From the NCBI RefSeq assembly GCF_018350175.1, contig NC_058371.1, positions 195,362,001 to 195,426,000 on the forward strand: a DNA stretch of 64,000 nt. The letters are read 5' to 3'. This document shows, in pieces, positions 36,545-48,949 of the stretch. The position numbers and the translations under genes are program-made. The notes under the pieces are model-generated. The model saw only the letters and a program-made list of their open reading frames with translations. It was not told the DNA's origin and ran no database searches. The DNA is from Felis catus. Taxonomy: Eukaryota. Position 1 is the stretch's first letter, and each line of letters opens with the position of its first letter.

Positions 36545-36770
36545 AGGGGTTCTCAGCCTCAGCACCGTTGACATTCTGGGCTGGAACGTTCTTTGTTGTT
36601 CGGGTTCCCTCTGCACTCTAGGGCACTCAGCGGCATCCTTGCCCTCAACGCACAAGATGCCAGTGGCAGCTCCCTGAGTTGTGGCCACCAAAACTGTCTC
36701 CAGACATTGTCTAAAGTGCCCTGGGGTGGGGGTGGTGGAGGCAGAATCGCTTCTGGTTGAGGACCACCGC
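36545..36770 (-). mobile_element. MER20 hAT MITE in BOD1L1 intron 1
   Basis: GGGGTTCTCAGCCTCAGCACCGTTGACATTCTGGGCTGG...CCAGACATTGTCTAAAGTGCCCTGG...GGTTGAGGACCAC, ~220 nt, matching recalled MER20. Confidence 0.75.
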
Positions 36771-37588
36771 TTACGTTAGATCGAATGCCTGCTTGCAGTG
36801 TTGGTTCAGCCCGTTTCCACTCCCCCGGTACGCATCTTCGTCGCTGTAGTTACTGCCTCCTTTCCAAAGTATATCGTGTGTCTCTTTACTCTCTCCCTGT
36901 CGGAAGATTACTGGGCAGAAAGCTCAGCCATAGCGTATCCCTCTGCTCACGTGCAGTGAGTTCCTGTCCTCAACCCCATAATCCCAGACGTCTACACGTC
37001 TGGGATGCCCTTCAGCCTGTGGCCGCGGGCTGTCTGCAACCTCGTATCTCTGCTTTTTTATATTCTCTTCCCCCACCAACTTGGAGGCTCCCAGATGCTC
37101 CTGACCCCACATTTTCTCATCCACTTGCACTGCTTCTATTGTTGGCTGTATGTGCAAGGCCTGCGTCTCCGATGACCAGCTGCTTTGTGAAACTCGGAGG
37201 GTCCAACTCAAATGCCACATCCTCAGCAAAGACTTATTCCTCTGCTCCCCTCCCTTTCTTGGCTCCAGATCATCTGAAGCTAACCTAACCCAGATAGTTA
37301 CTTGTATCTGATTTTCGAGTCCTTTGTCTACAGATGAGAGGTATGTCTTTCTTCTTTGTGTCCTCCTATCTCCAAGCGTCTTGGCTTCGACAAAATAAGC
37401 AGTATTTGCATGTCTCAGTTATCCTGAAGCAGGAAGGTCCTAAGCTGAGAAACCTTGTGGCCACATTGATGCTGTAATGTAAAAAACGTTAACACTGTTA
37501 AGCATCCTCAAATTCCTGAGACTTAGAAATATTGATGTTATGTAACACTTGTGATTTTTAACATTTGTCTTTCCCCCCCACTTCCCAG

Positions 37589-37713
37589 CCTGCCTATCAG
37601 AACCTGAGACAACGGGTTGACAGCTTTGTTGCGAACCACTTGGCAACTCATACATGGAGTCCTCACCTCAATAAGAACCAGCTGAGAAACAACATTAGAC
37701 AGCAGGTGCTCAA
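37589..37713 (+). CDS. BOD1L1: BOD1L1 exon 2 (125 nt; BOD1/Shg1-like domain)
   Basis: cccag|CCT...CTC AA|gtaagt; encodes PAYQNLRQRVDSFVANHLATHTWSPHLNKNQLRNNIRQQVL(K). Confidence 0.96.
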
Positions 37714-39355
37714 GTAAGTCTTCCAGACCCAGAGTCCCTAGGCAGGCTTGAAGGCATCAGTCTGCTCTGTGGAAGGCAGAGACCATTTTGTGGAAGCTAG
37801 ATGTTGTTTTATCACGTCTGGTTGGCTGTTTCGAGGATGACGCAGTGCAGTTTTAGAGGGGGCTCAAATCGCTTCACGTTTCCCCATGAATTTTAGCAGT
37901 CTGACTTCTGCAGACCTTTGGAAATACCTGAAGGACCAGGATGCCAATGTGACTCCAGAAACAAAATACTAGGGTATAATGTTAATTGCTGGTAAGTGCC
38001 AGAATATCCCATAAAGATCAGGCTTTATTATTCTGCTTTGATAAGTAAAAAAGGCATTCTAGATCACGGCAGTTAAAATAATTTCCCCTAATTTGAGGCC
38101 ATGTCTCCTATCTTCTAATACGACTCCCCTCTTTTTTTTTTCTTTTGCACTTTACTGTGACTTTTAAGTCTGCTTCTTAGTGATGATATAGCCAAAAAAA
38201 AAAAAAAAAAAAAGCAGGAAAGTGTGTTTGGACCTGTCAGAGCCATTTTGGGTAAGATAAAGAGAATGAGAAGAGCTGGAGTGTTTAGAGGGACCTATAA
38301 AAAAAATCATATTTGTTCCCAGAAAAGCAGATTTACAATACCATCTTGTTCTTGGATATAAATATTTGCCAAGACAGGAAGACCCGGACCTCGTATCCCT
38401 GCGTCACCCTCCCCGCGGAAGGGGTGACTGAGTTATTTAAAGAGTGCCCAGTCTTCCTTTCTTGACAAATATTTACGTTCAAGCTCATCTTTTAGAATGA
38501 AATGTGACTTTTAAACAGTTAAACAAATTCATCTTCTACCTCCCACCTCTTCAAACCCTCTAACTGGGTAGGAACCCTGCAAGCCTACCTGGTGTGCAGG
38601 CCCCGGGGAAGCCCCACAAACAAAGCTTCACACTCTGTCTCAAAGACCCATTTAGCCACACGTAATACTAGACACCTGGAACCTGGGGCCCCTGACTGTC
38701 TCCTACTGAATAAGAGACGAGGGAAATTTAACAAAAGCTTTGTTGTCTGCATTTTAAAGGATGTTTGCGAAACCTATAAAACAGTCCCCGAGAGGTCAAA
38801 AGACGCCAGGGAAGGCTGCAGGGTTAATACCTGATGGGAAAAGCCAAAGACTTTCCTGAAAACCCGAGGGTCTGTGGCTGCCAACGTTTCCAGGCTTTTC
38901 CGACCAGTAGCCGGCATAGCAGGGGGTGGGGGTGGGGCAAACCTCGGGGCAAGGTCGGGGCCTGCCCTCCTTCTACAGAACACTCCAGATTACAGAGGGT
39001 GGAGCTGCCCCCCTTTTCAAACCAGCCATTACATCCCTTTGGAAGCATAGAGTTTTTACTGGGGCGGTGTGGGGGAGGTGCATTCTTTTTTTTCAAAAGT
39101 TGAGCGACCGAAGTCATAGGCAGATTTCCTAGCATTGTATTTATCCCTCAGCAGGCAAAACCTATCAAGGAGGGAAGCAGTCCTTCATTCTTTTCTCACC
39201 CCTGTAAAATCGAAAGCACTTAACAATTCTTAATAGCCCCCTTCTAAGACATTTTCACAGAATCATGCTTAGTGAGGGGTTGCTGTACATTACGGTAAAG
39301 GGTTCTTGTGACCACCAGCCTGGGTCTTGGGAACTATCTTCTAGAGACACTTCAA

Positions 39356-40365
39356 TTTCTTTTTTTAATGTTTATTCAGTTTTTGGGAGAGAGAGAGAGA
39401 CAGAGACAGAGCGCACGCAAGCAGGGGAGGAGCAGAGAGAGAGGGAGACACAGACTCTGAAGCAGGCTCCGGGCTCTGAGCCGTCAGCACAGATCCGGAC
39501 GAGGGGCTCGAACTCACAAGCCCTGAATTGTGACCTGAGCCGAAGTCTGGCATTTAACCGACTGAGCCACCCACGTGCCTGTCTTCTAGAGACATTTCAT
39601 AACAGGACAAACAGCTTCCCTTGGATAATTGAGGAATTGCTCTTCTTAGACTAACATCTGTAAATTCTCTGCTAGCTATGTTATTTATTATTTTTTTTTA
39701 AATCTTTATTTGAGAGAGAAAGAGAGCATGAGCTGAGGAAGGGCAGAGAGAGAGGGAGAGAGGGAATCCCAAGCAGGCTCCACGCTGTCAGCACAGAGCC
39801 CGACGTGGGGCTCGAACTCACAAACTATGAGATCATGACCTGAGCCGAAATCAAGAGTCAGATGCTCAACCAACGGAACCAGCCAGATGCCCCATTAATT
39901 AAAATATTCTCTTACTGAGTAAAGTTACATATCACTTGAGTATATCATTTTCAAGCTTCCTTAAGGAAAGATACCACAGTATTTAGTTGTCCAGCTATTG
40001 TTGTAGAGAGGGACCAGCCCCTATACATACAATTTCAAACAGTTTTTCCTACAAAGACTTTGAGAAATATTCAATTGACCATTAGCCTGAACCGTCTACA
40101 ATTCCCATTTTTGTAGGACAAAAATACGGCAATTTCAAATGGTTCAACTTAATAATTGATCTTCGGACTCAGTGGTATTTTTTTTAATGTTTATTTATTT
40201 TGAGAGATTGCGAGTGGGAGAGGGGCAGAGAGAGCGAGAATCCCAGGCAGGCTTCATGCTCAGCGAAGAGCCCGACGTGGGGCTCGATCTCACGACCGTG
40301 ACATCATGACCTGAGCCCAAATCAAGAGTCAGAAGCTTAACCCACTGTGCCACCCAGGCACCTCT
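39356..40365 (-). mobile_element. Three antisense CAN-SINEs in intron 2 (39356-39580, 39688-39893, 40180-40365)
   Basis: The first has TSD TCTTCTAGAGACA (39337-39349, 39582-39594). Confidence 0.88.
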
Positions 40366-41914
40366 CAGTAGTGTTCTTTTTATGCATTCATTTGAACAAC
40401 AGAATCTAAAATGCCAGATAGCTCTAAGTAATGATCTTAACAGAATTTGAAAGGAAAAGGAAGTAGCTTTAATCAGGAAAATACTACCTACTGGCATTTC
40501 GGCTTTGCCCTTGAGTCCAAGGCTGTAGCATCTCCCTCTGGTGAGGCTGCTGTGACCACACCATACTAGAGTGGGCCCACTAAGAGCAGTGTGTTCATTA
40601 GGATGGCCCCCACTTTGATTTAAGATCAGAGCTGACCTCGCGGGAGACTAGACTGAAATAGACGAGGGCCTGGAATAGAGGCAGAGAAACATCGGCTGCA
40701 GCAGTGATGTTAGGGTGAGTGGGTTTTATTTTTTATGCTGTGCCTTTGTAGTGTGCCTGAAAACATTTTTAAGATTGCTTGTCCTTATTTCTTTTACACC
40801 TGCTACATGTTAAAGGCACCTCTAAGATGTAACGATGTGTGCAGGATTTGCATTTTTTTTTTTATCTTAGAACTTTAAAAAGCAGGTTACCTACTTTGTC
40901 CGGTGTTGACTCATTTTTCTCTATGGCCCACATAAGTAGAATTATAGTATCACAAGGCTGCAAGGTACCTCAGGAAATGGAAATCAAATCCATCCTCCAC
41001 TCAGAAAGAGCTGCACTCAAAAATAGCATTGTCAAGTGTAAGGAGAGATGGCTCCCCCGTTCCGCGGAGAGAGCCGAGGCCTAGAAGCTGGAAGAGACAG
41101 CCCCCGGCTCATCCAATACTGTCCAGAAACGTTGGCTCCTCAGGTGGTTGGTTTTGTTTTGTTTTGTTTTAGCAAGAAACGAGGTGTAAGTGCGTTTCTT
41201 AAAACAAATCCACATCCTTTTATTTTACTCACGCTTTTGTGATTTTCTGCACATTTCAGCCTATGTCGCCCGCTTTGCTCCTCCCGTCTCTTGCGTGTAT
41301 TTCTCTCAGCTCTTTCCTCCTCTTTGCCTCTATGGAAATCAAGGCTCAGTGGAAGTGTCTTCTCTTTGTGAAGCATTCCCAGATCACCCTAAACATATTT
41401 AATACTTCCCTATTCCCCTCTTTCCTAGAGTAGACGGTGTCTTATGGTGCCTGCCCTCTGGTATTTTAATCGTGTCTGTCTCTCCCGCCAGACCAGAAAC
41501 CAGGTCTGATTTGTAACAGACCGATCCCCAGCACGGTGCCTGTTATGGAGAAGACACTCGTAACCTGATTGTTGAATGAATAAATCATCAGTTTTTACAG
41601 CAGGAAGATAATGTAATAAAAAGAAAATGAGAAGTCTTAAGTTTTTCTTTATTTTTCTGAAGTTTGCTTTCTTTTCTTTGTTTTATAAGCTTGTTGAAAT
41701 TACACTCTGTGTATGTTCTTCAGTTTTCCTGGAGATTCTCATATTTCTAAAAGGCTTACATTTTTCTGCTAAAAAAAAATTTGTGGAGTCCATAGATTTA
41801 TACCCAGAACTCAGCTTTAGTGATCATTTATTCCCATATGCCCTGGCCAGGGTTGGGGTAAGGTAAGCATCACCTGGAAGTGTGGGCTGTAGATAATGTA
41901 TTGTGTCTAGTTCT

Positions 41915-42136
41915 TTTTTTTTTTTTTTTAACGTTTATTTTTTTATTATTGAGAGACAGAGACAGAGCATGAGCATGGGAGGGGCAGAGAGAGGAGGAGA
42001 CACAGAATCTGAAGGAGGCTCCCGGCTCTGAGCTGTCAGCACAAAGCCCGACGTGGGGCTGGAACTCACAAACCCAGTGAGATCATGACCTGCGCTGAAG
42101 TCAGATGTTTAACCGACTGAGCCACCCAGGCGCCCC
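41915..42136 (-). mobile_element. Antisense CAN-SINE, intron 2
   Basis: TSD GTATTGTGTCTAGTTCT at 41898-41914 and 42137-42153. Confidence 0.93.
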
Positions 42137-42430
42137 GTATTGTGTCTAGTTCTAAAGGTGTTTTGTTTCTTGTTTTGCCTGCTTTAGCGTTTCCACTAGT
42201 GACACCGCTGGTAGAAAGTATACAGACTTTCTTGCAGTGTGATCGACCTAAATGCTGCCTGGTGTGAAACTGACTCCCCATTGCCTATTCTTTCCATATA
42301 TTGAGATGAGTGGATTGGGTAATTTCAGGTTGAACATATATGTGACAGGTACAATTTTATTTAAAAGCAGTTAATGTAAATCATATGAAATTGTGTTTTA
42401 CCTTTCTGTAAAACTTATTTTGTGTTTCAG

Positions 42431-42621
42431 ATCAGGAATGTTGGAGTCTGGTATTGACCGAATTATTTCTCAGGTTGTGGATCCAAAGATCAACCACACG
42501 TTCAGACCTCAGGTGGAGAAAGCTGTGCATGAGTTTTTGGCCACCCTAAACCACAAAGAGGAAGCAAGTGGCAGCACAGCCCCCGATGATGAGAAACCAG
42601 ACTCTTCCGTCATTACACAAG
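42431..42621 (+). CDS. BOD1L1: BOD1L1 exon 3 (191 nt)
   Basis: ttcag|A TCA GGA...CAA G|gtgctt; SGMLESGIDRIISQVVDPKINHTFRPQVEKAVHEFLATLNHKEEASGSTAPDDEKPDSSVITQ. Confidence 0.96.
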
Positions 42622-42839
42622 GTGCTTTGTTTTTACTCTTGGTCAGTTCCTTTGCTTTGCTTCTTGAACTGGGTATCAAGCTAGGGATATAATTATCAAT
42701 TTTGTTCCTTGGCTACTCTAGTGAAATTGTATTTATTTCAAATATCACATTCCTCAACTGATAGAACATTTCTTTTTGAGATTAATGCAGAATGGTAGAC
42801 ATTTTCCTGACGTGTTGGCTGTCTGTACGTGTGTGTTTC

Positions 42840-43056
42840 TTTTTTTTTTTTTTTTAACGTTTATTAATTTTTGAGACAGGGAGAGACAGAGCATGAACGG
42901 GGGAGGGTCAGAGAGAGGGAGACACAGAATCTGAAACAGGCTCCAGGCTCCGAGCTGTCAGCACAGAGCCCGACGCGGGGCTCGAACTCACGGACCGCGA
43001 GATCATGACCTGAGCCGAAGTCGGCCGCCTAACCGACTGAGCCACCCAGGCGCCCC
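42840..43056 (-). mobile_element. Antisense CAN-SINE, intron 3
   Basis: GTGTGTGTTTC flanks; CpG-rich, young. Confidence 0.92.
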
Positions 43057-43330
43057 CGTGTGTGTGTTTCAACTGAGGGAATAATTAATATAACCGAAGA
43101 GAATTAGACTATTCTCAGGTTTGCATGGTGCCTTTCCTATGACACAGTGTTAGAACAGTAGAGGATTTAGAATGTGCTCGGTGTTAGAATTGGTATCCGA
43201 AAGTCTAAAAGAATATGAATGGTCTGGACAGCATACGTGTCTTATAAAGATGAGAGCGTCTTGTAGCATCGATTCATCAGAGGGGCTTACTTCTGCATAG
43301 TTTTTTCTAACGCTCATCTTTCCCTCAAAG

Positions 43331-43945
43331 GTGTCCCAGTGCCTGGACCCAGCGCTAATGTAGCCAATGACGCCATGTCAATCTTGGAAACCATAACTTC
43401 TCTTAACCAAGAAGCTAGTGCAGCCAGAGCTTCAACAGAAACATCAAACACCAAGACCAGTGAGAGAGTGTCCAAAAAACTCCCATCTCAGCCCAGCACT
43501 GACACTAGTACTGAGAAAGAGAGAACTTCAGAGGACATGGCTGACAAAGAAAAGTCTACACCCGACTCTGCAGGGGAAGGACAGGAAACAGCCCCCAAGT
43601 CTGAAGAATTAAATGATCTCCCTTGTCCAGTTGAGGAAATTAAAAATCACACGAAAGAGAGTAATAGTTCAATTCTGCTAAATAAGGATGTTCAACAGGA
43701 AAGCATTGACCAAAAAAATAAATCAACGGACAAAGGTGAAAAGAAACCAGAGAGCAATGACAAAGGAGAAAGAAAGAAAGAAAAGAAGGAAAAGACCGAA
43801 AAGAAGTTTGACCATCCAAAAAGGAGTGAGGACCTACAAAAAGCGAAAGAAGAAAAGCAAGCAAAGGAAAAAGAAGTAGAATGTTCAAAACTCCCGTCAG
43901 AAAAGAATAGTAATAAAGCTAAAACCATTGAAGGGACAAAAGAAG
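43331..43945 (+). CDS. BOD1L1: BOD1L1 exon 4 (615 nt)
   Basis: tcaaag|GT GTC...GAA G|gtatat; VPVPGPSANVANDAMSILETITSLNQEASAARAS...KAKTIEGTKE. Confidence 0.96.
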
Positions 43946-44125
43946 GTATATAAAAACTTGCAAAAATCTGCAACAGTTTACAGATCAAAGAGTGTCAGTT
44001 GGGGGGGGGGGGCAATTTTTTTGACCTGTATTTAATGCAGAGTATTTTAAACGTAATTTAGGAATTGGGTACTGAGTTTGTTCTTATAACATGACTTATC
44101 TTTGTGTTTTATTTCCTCCTCGAAG

Positions 44126-44275
44126 ATTGCTCTTTGATAGATTCTGATGTGGATGGACTTACAGACATCACAGTTAGCTCTGTCCATACCAGTGACCTTT
44201 CATCTTTTGAAGAAGACACCGAGGAGGAAGTTGTAATGTCTGATAGCATGGAAGAAGGAGAGATTACGTCAGACG
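44126..44275 (+). CDS. BOD1L1: BOD1L1 exon 5 (150 nt)
   Basis: cgaag|AT TGC...GAC G|gtaaag; DCSLIDSDVDGLTDITVSSVHTSDLSSFEEDTEEEVVMSDSMEEGEITSD. Confidence 0.95.
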
Positions 44276-44599
44276 GTAAAGCATTTTACTTAATAACGCC
44301 TCTGGGAAGCTTCCTGTCGAGCATTGTTTGTATATTCACATGGCTATATCGTGAAAGACAGTGTGGTATACTGGCAAGGGCATGGGACTTTGTAGTTGGA
44401 AGATGTGTTTCTGAGTCCCAGCTCCGAGGTTGTCTGTCTGAGCAAGCTTGGTAAGTTACTCCACAAGCCTTGGTTCTCCATCCTTGAACTCCATCCCGCA
44501 GGTTTATTAGAAGATGTAGAGGAGGCAGTGTATATGACGGTGCTGTGGGTGTGGGTGTCTGTGGGTTTGTATGGGCGTTGTTGGGGGAGCACAGTCCCC

Positions 44600-45150
44600 A
44601 AGGCTGCTCTCACTTCTGAAACCATTTGCAAAGTTGAGGTCTCCAAGCCTACCCTTAGGTTTGACGATTCTCTAGGAGGACTCCTAGAACTCACTGAAAG
44701 CTTTACAGTTCATGGTTGTGGTTTATTACAGTGAAGGGACACACATTCAGATCAGCCAAGGGAAGAGGCACAGAGGCCAGAGTCCACGGAGCTTCCGGAA
44801 GCCCTTTCCCTGTGGGGTCACAGAGAGCATTACCTTCCTGGCATTGATGTCAGAAATATGTATATGGCTAATCGCCAACCAGGGAAGCTCACAGAAACCT
44901 TGATGTCCAAAATTCCTACTGGGGCTCCATCATGGAGACATAGCGTCAGATCTTAATCTCCAGCCCCTCCACAGGTCAAGCTGATATGCCATGGCCCAAA
45001 GCTACTGACCCAGATCATACCATGAGTTGATTTAGCTTGACCCAAGACCCCCAGGCAGACAAACACTCGTGTCAGACATGACATTCCACAGACTTAGAGA
45101 TTACCTCCCAGAAGCTACGGGCAAGACCATACTTCTCTGTAGAGTTTGTT
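44600..45150. mobile_element. MER21-like LTR in BOD1L1 intron 5
   Basis: GGACTCCTAGAACTCACTGAAAGC...GGTTTATTACAGTGAAGGGACAC...ATCAGCCAAGGGAAGAGGCACA resembles recalled MER21. Confidence 0.6.
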
Positions 45151-46385
45151 TTTCACCCAGCCCTTACTAAGCACTTACTGTGTTCCAGGCACTGTGTACT
45201 ATTCTGTGTCCTAGCTCCTGTAATCCTCAACAATCCTGAGAAGTAGGTCCAGGTGAGGAAAGAGAGTCACCAAGAGAAGGTGTCCTGTCTAGGGTCACGC
45301 AGCTGTTGAGCTCCGGTGTCAGTTTCAACCGTGGTCTGGGCTTCTGACCAACACTTTGTGCTCTGTATCACGTGATTAAGTTCTGCTTACAACCTTTGTT
45401 AAAAATCAAATATTATTTGCAACTACTTGTAAGCAGCATTTTGTAAATTTGCCGTGGGCTTTTGGATAGGACACCTAGAGAGAAAATCCTAGAGGGGAAA
45501 AAGTAGAAGCTTTTAATTCCACCTTTTAATTTCAGTCCATCCCAGTTTGCATCCTTAGTATCCCCCTAAAACCGAAATGACCAGACCAGAAAACAACATC
45601 AGGTATGCTTTTCATACCTCGTTGTGAGGTCAGTTCCGTAGGCCCTGTGTATGATGGATATCACTCATCCTGTGTGCACCCCACTTTCTGAAGCCTGACT
45701 AAAATTCTCATTCTAGGTGCTTTTGTGGGGCTTTCCACTTTTTTTCCTGGACAGGACTAGGTTTTGTATGTCTGAGATCCAAGAAGTAAGAAGGTGACTG
45801 GTAGGAGAGTACTAAGTGGTAGAAATGAAGACCTTGTTTACAGGTTTTCTACTTCACTTGCTGTGTTGTGGGAAACATACCCACCTTCCTAGGGTAGAGG
45901 GCTTTTAGTACATACTTGGTGTGGGCCAATTATTGACTCTTGCCTCTTGCGTAGTGAGAGACTCTCAGGTGGTCATTAAAATCTCAAAATTAAAAAAAAA
46001 ATCTCAAGCCTACTTTAAAGTGTGGGTTCAAGTGAACTTGTTCAGTTTTACAGTGGCAAAGCCACGTCCGTACCAAGTCTACTGACGTACTAACGAGAAT
46101 TAAGTATTTGTCAGGGAACCCTGAATGGTGACAGGGTCTAATTTTTTTTGGCCTTCTTTATGTGTGAGAAGCTCATTGGAAGAAGTAAATTTCGATATGG
46201 ATGGGATGATAGCCTTTAAAAATGTTTATTTCTGATTTTTTTGCATCCTGATATTTTCCATTGGGCTGACAAATGCACTTGAACTATATCAATAACTGCT
46301 TTTGTTGCTTGATGTTGATCAAGCATGGTGTCGACTTTATTGGTAATTCACAGAAGCACTCCTCTTTCTGTTGGCTTTCTTCCAG

Positions 46386-46552
46386 ATGAGGAGAAGAACA
46401 AGCAGAACAAAACAAAAACTCAAAACAGCGACCCCAGTGAAGGAAAAGCAAAAAGCGTGCGGCATGCTTATGTTCACAAACCATATCTTTACTCAAAGTA
46501 TTATAGCGACTCTGATGATGAACTTACCGTAGAACAACGACGCCAGTCTATT
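46386..46552 (+). CDS. BOD1L1: BOD1L1 exon 6 (167 nt)
   Basis: tccag|AT GAG...TCT ATT|gtaagt; EEKNKQNKTKTQNSDPSEGKAKSVRHAYVHKPYLYSKYYSDSDDELTVEQRRQSI. Confidence 0.96.
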
Positions 46553-46855
46553 GTAAGTCAGATTCGATCTGTCGCTATTTTAACCTGTCACATCAGGTTG
46601 ACAAACCTGGCTAGTCTGTGTGCAAGGTACTGGGCAGCAGACAGAACCATGACACGGAGGTTCTGCCTTCAGCAGCCTGTCACTTAGGCAGAACAGACAT
46701 AAACGTGTGACGCAGGTGTTTGTGTCATTATGCTTAATAGTGAAAACCGGGCAACAAGTGTTTCACAGTATGGAAATGTTTGAATCAAGTGTGGATCCAG
46801 CCCATACAAAGATAGGATGTGCAGCCATTAACATAAGATTAAGAGAGAAGTGCAG

Positions 46856-47062
46856 GTGGGTGGTTGAGTTGGTTAAGTGTCAGACTTCAGCTCGGGTCAC
46901 GATCTCGCTGCTTGTGGGTTCGAGCCCTATGTCAGGCTTTGTGCTTGGAGTCTGGAGCTTGCTTCACGTTCTGTCTCTGTCTCTCTCTGCCCCTCCCTCG
47001 CTCATGCGCTCGCTCGCTCTCTCTTTTAGACGTAAATAAACGTTAAAAAATTTTATTTCAAA
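46856..47062 (+). mobile_element. Sense CAN-SINE, intron 6
   Basis: TSD AAGAGAGAAGTGCAG at 46841-46855 and 47063-47077. Confidence 0.92.
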
Positions 47063-47410
47063 AAGAGAGAAGTGCAGTCTACAAATGTCCTAGGTACAAG
47101 ATGTGTCATTGGATTAACAGCTTCTTAGAGAAAAAAATTTGCTACCTTATCATAGGTGTACATCAGTTTTAAGATGACTTATGGTTTTAGAAACATTAAA
47201 ATATGGAGCTGCACATCTTAGAGCGAGGAAATGCTGTTACCTACGATGGTCATTTGAAGGAGGTGGAAATGCTGATAGTTGCTTGTCTCTGAGAAGTTTG
47301 CTTCATCAGAGGTTATACCAATGCTTAGGGTTTGGCCCTCTAAGACTTGGAGTTCTGGCTGGAAAAGGGTGGGGGGTGTAACCCACGATGACCAGATTCT
47401 TGTTTTTTTA

Positions 47411-47651
47411 TTTTATTTTATTTTATTTTATTTCTTTTCTTTTTTTTTTTTTTTTTTTATACTTGACAGAGAGAAAGACACATCATGAGCGAGGGAGGGG
47501 CAGAGTGAGAGAGAGAGACACAGAATCTGAAGCAGGCTCCAGGCTCTGAGCTGTCCACACAGAGCCCGATGTGGGGCTCAAACCCAAAAGCCATGAGATC
47601 ATGACCTGAGCCAAAGTCGGATGCTCAGCCGACTGAGCCACCCAGGCGCCC
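47411..47651 (-). mobile_element. Antisense CAN-SINE, intron 6
   Basis: TSD CTTGTTTTTTTA on both sides. Confidence 0.9.
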
Positions 47652-47798
47652 CTTGTTTTTTTAACATAGGATAGCAGAAAGTCCCATGTCCAAAACCTGG
47701 GTCCCAAGAGCATAACCCACAAGTCATATTTGTTGTAGAACTAGCCTGTCTCTTGAATCTGCACTTCAGTTTCTCCTTTAAGAATAATTTAAAAATTT

Positions 47799-48248
47799 GA
47801 GGTGCCCGGGTGGCTCAGTCAGTTAAGCGTCTGACTTCGGCTCAGGTCGTGATCTTGCAGTTTTTGAGTTAAAGCCCCGCGTCGGACTCTATGCTGACAG
47901 CTCAGAGCCTGGAGCCTGCTTTGGAATCTGTGACTCCCTCTCCCTCTGCCTCTTCCCCGCTCACTGTCTCTCAAAAAGTAAATGAATGTTTAAAAAAAAT
48001 TTTTTTTAAGAATAATTTAAAAATGGGGCGCCTGGGTGGCTCAGTCGGTTAAGCGGCCAACTTCGGCTCAGGTCATGATCTCGCGGTCCGTGTGTTCGAG
48101 CCCCGCGTCGGGCTCTGTGCTGACAGCTCAGAGCCTGGAGCCTGTTTCGGATTCTGTGTCTCACTCTCTCTGACCCTCCCCTGTTCATGCTCTGTCTCTC
48201 CCTGTCTCAAAAATAAATAAAAATGCTAAAAAAATTAAAAAAAAAAAA
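47799..48248 (+). mobile_element. Two tandem sense CAN-SINEs, intron 6 (47799-48007, 48025-48248)
   Basis: Three copies of the 17-nt target AAGAATAATTTAAAAAT. Confidence 0.92.
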
Positions 48249-48338
48249 AAGAAGAATTTAAAAATTATTGTACACAGGAGATTTGCCTGTGTACATATGT
48301 ACATTGATGTTCATATATATTTTCACAGCCAGCCTTTT

Positions 48339-48563
48339 TTTTTTTTTAATTTTTTTTTTTTCAACGTTTATTTATTTTTGGGACAGAGAGAGACAGAGCA
48401 TGAACAGGGGAGGGGCAGAGAGAGAGGGAGACACAGAATCAGAAACAGGCTCCAGGCTCTGAGCCATCAGCCCAGAGCCCGACGCGGGGCTCGAACTCCC
48501 GGACCGCGAGATCGTGACCTGGCTGAAGTCGGACGCTTAACCGACTGCGCCACCCAGGCGCCC
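48339..48563 (-). mobile_element. Young antisense CAN-SINE, intron 6
   Basis: TSD CAGCCAGCCTTTT at 48326-48338 and 48564-48576. Confidence 0.93.
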
Positions 48564-48837
48564 CAGCCAGCCTTTTAATTGAAGTAACTGGTTTGTTAAA
48601 CCAGCATTTCCCAAAATGATACCTTTCCTATTCCTTAAACTAATGGCAATCTGAAAGAGTAATGGAAAATTTTCTGATCTGTCTCTTCTGGTAGCTTCCA
48701 AATTATATAATGTGTATGCACCTTTGCAAAGCCCATTATTTTGTAAGAATATTTGAAGGGTAAACATACTTGTTTTCATTGTTTTTGCTTTTGCCTAATA
48801 GTTGGTCAGGATAATTGTGAATATTTTGTGGTTTTAG

Positions 48838-48949
48838 GCTAAAGAAAAAGAAGAGAGGCTTTTAAGAAGGCAAATTAATAGAGAGAAACTTGAAGAAAAA
48901 CGAAAGCAGAAGGCAGAAAAGACAAAGTCTTCAAAAGCTAAGAGTCAAG
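48838..48949 (+). CDS. BOD1L1: BOD1L1 exon 7 (112 nt)
   Basis: tttag|GCT AAA...CAA G|gtatag; AKEKEERLLRRQINREKLEEKRKQKAEKTKSSKAKSQ. Confidence 0.95.

Noticed and set aside
36650-36670. CTCF motif known from MER20 copies
   Set aside because: This copy reads GCACAAGATGCCAG, degraded from the recalled CCACTAGATGCCAG.
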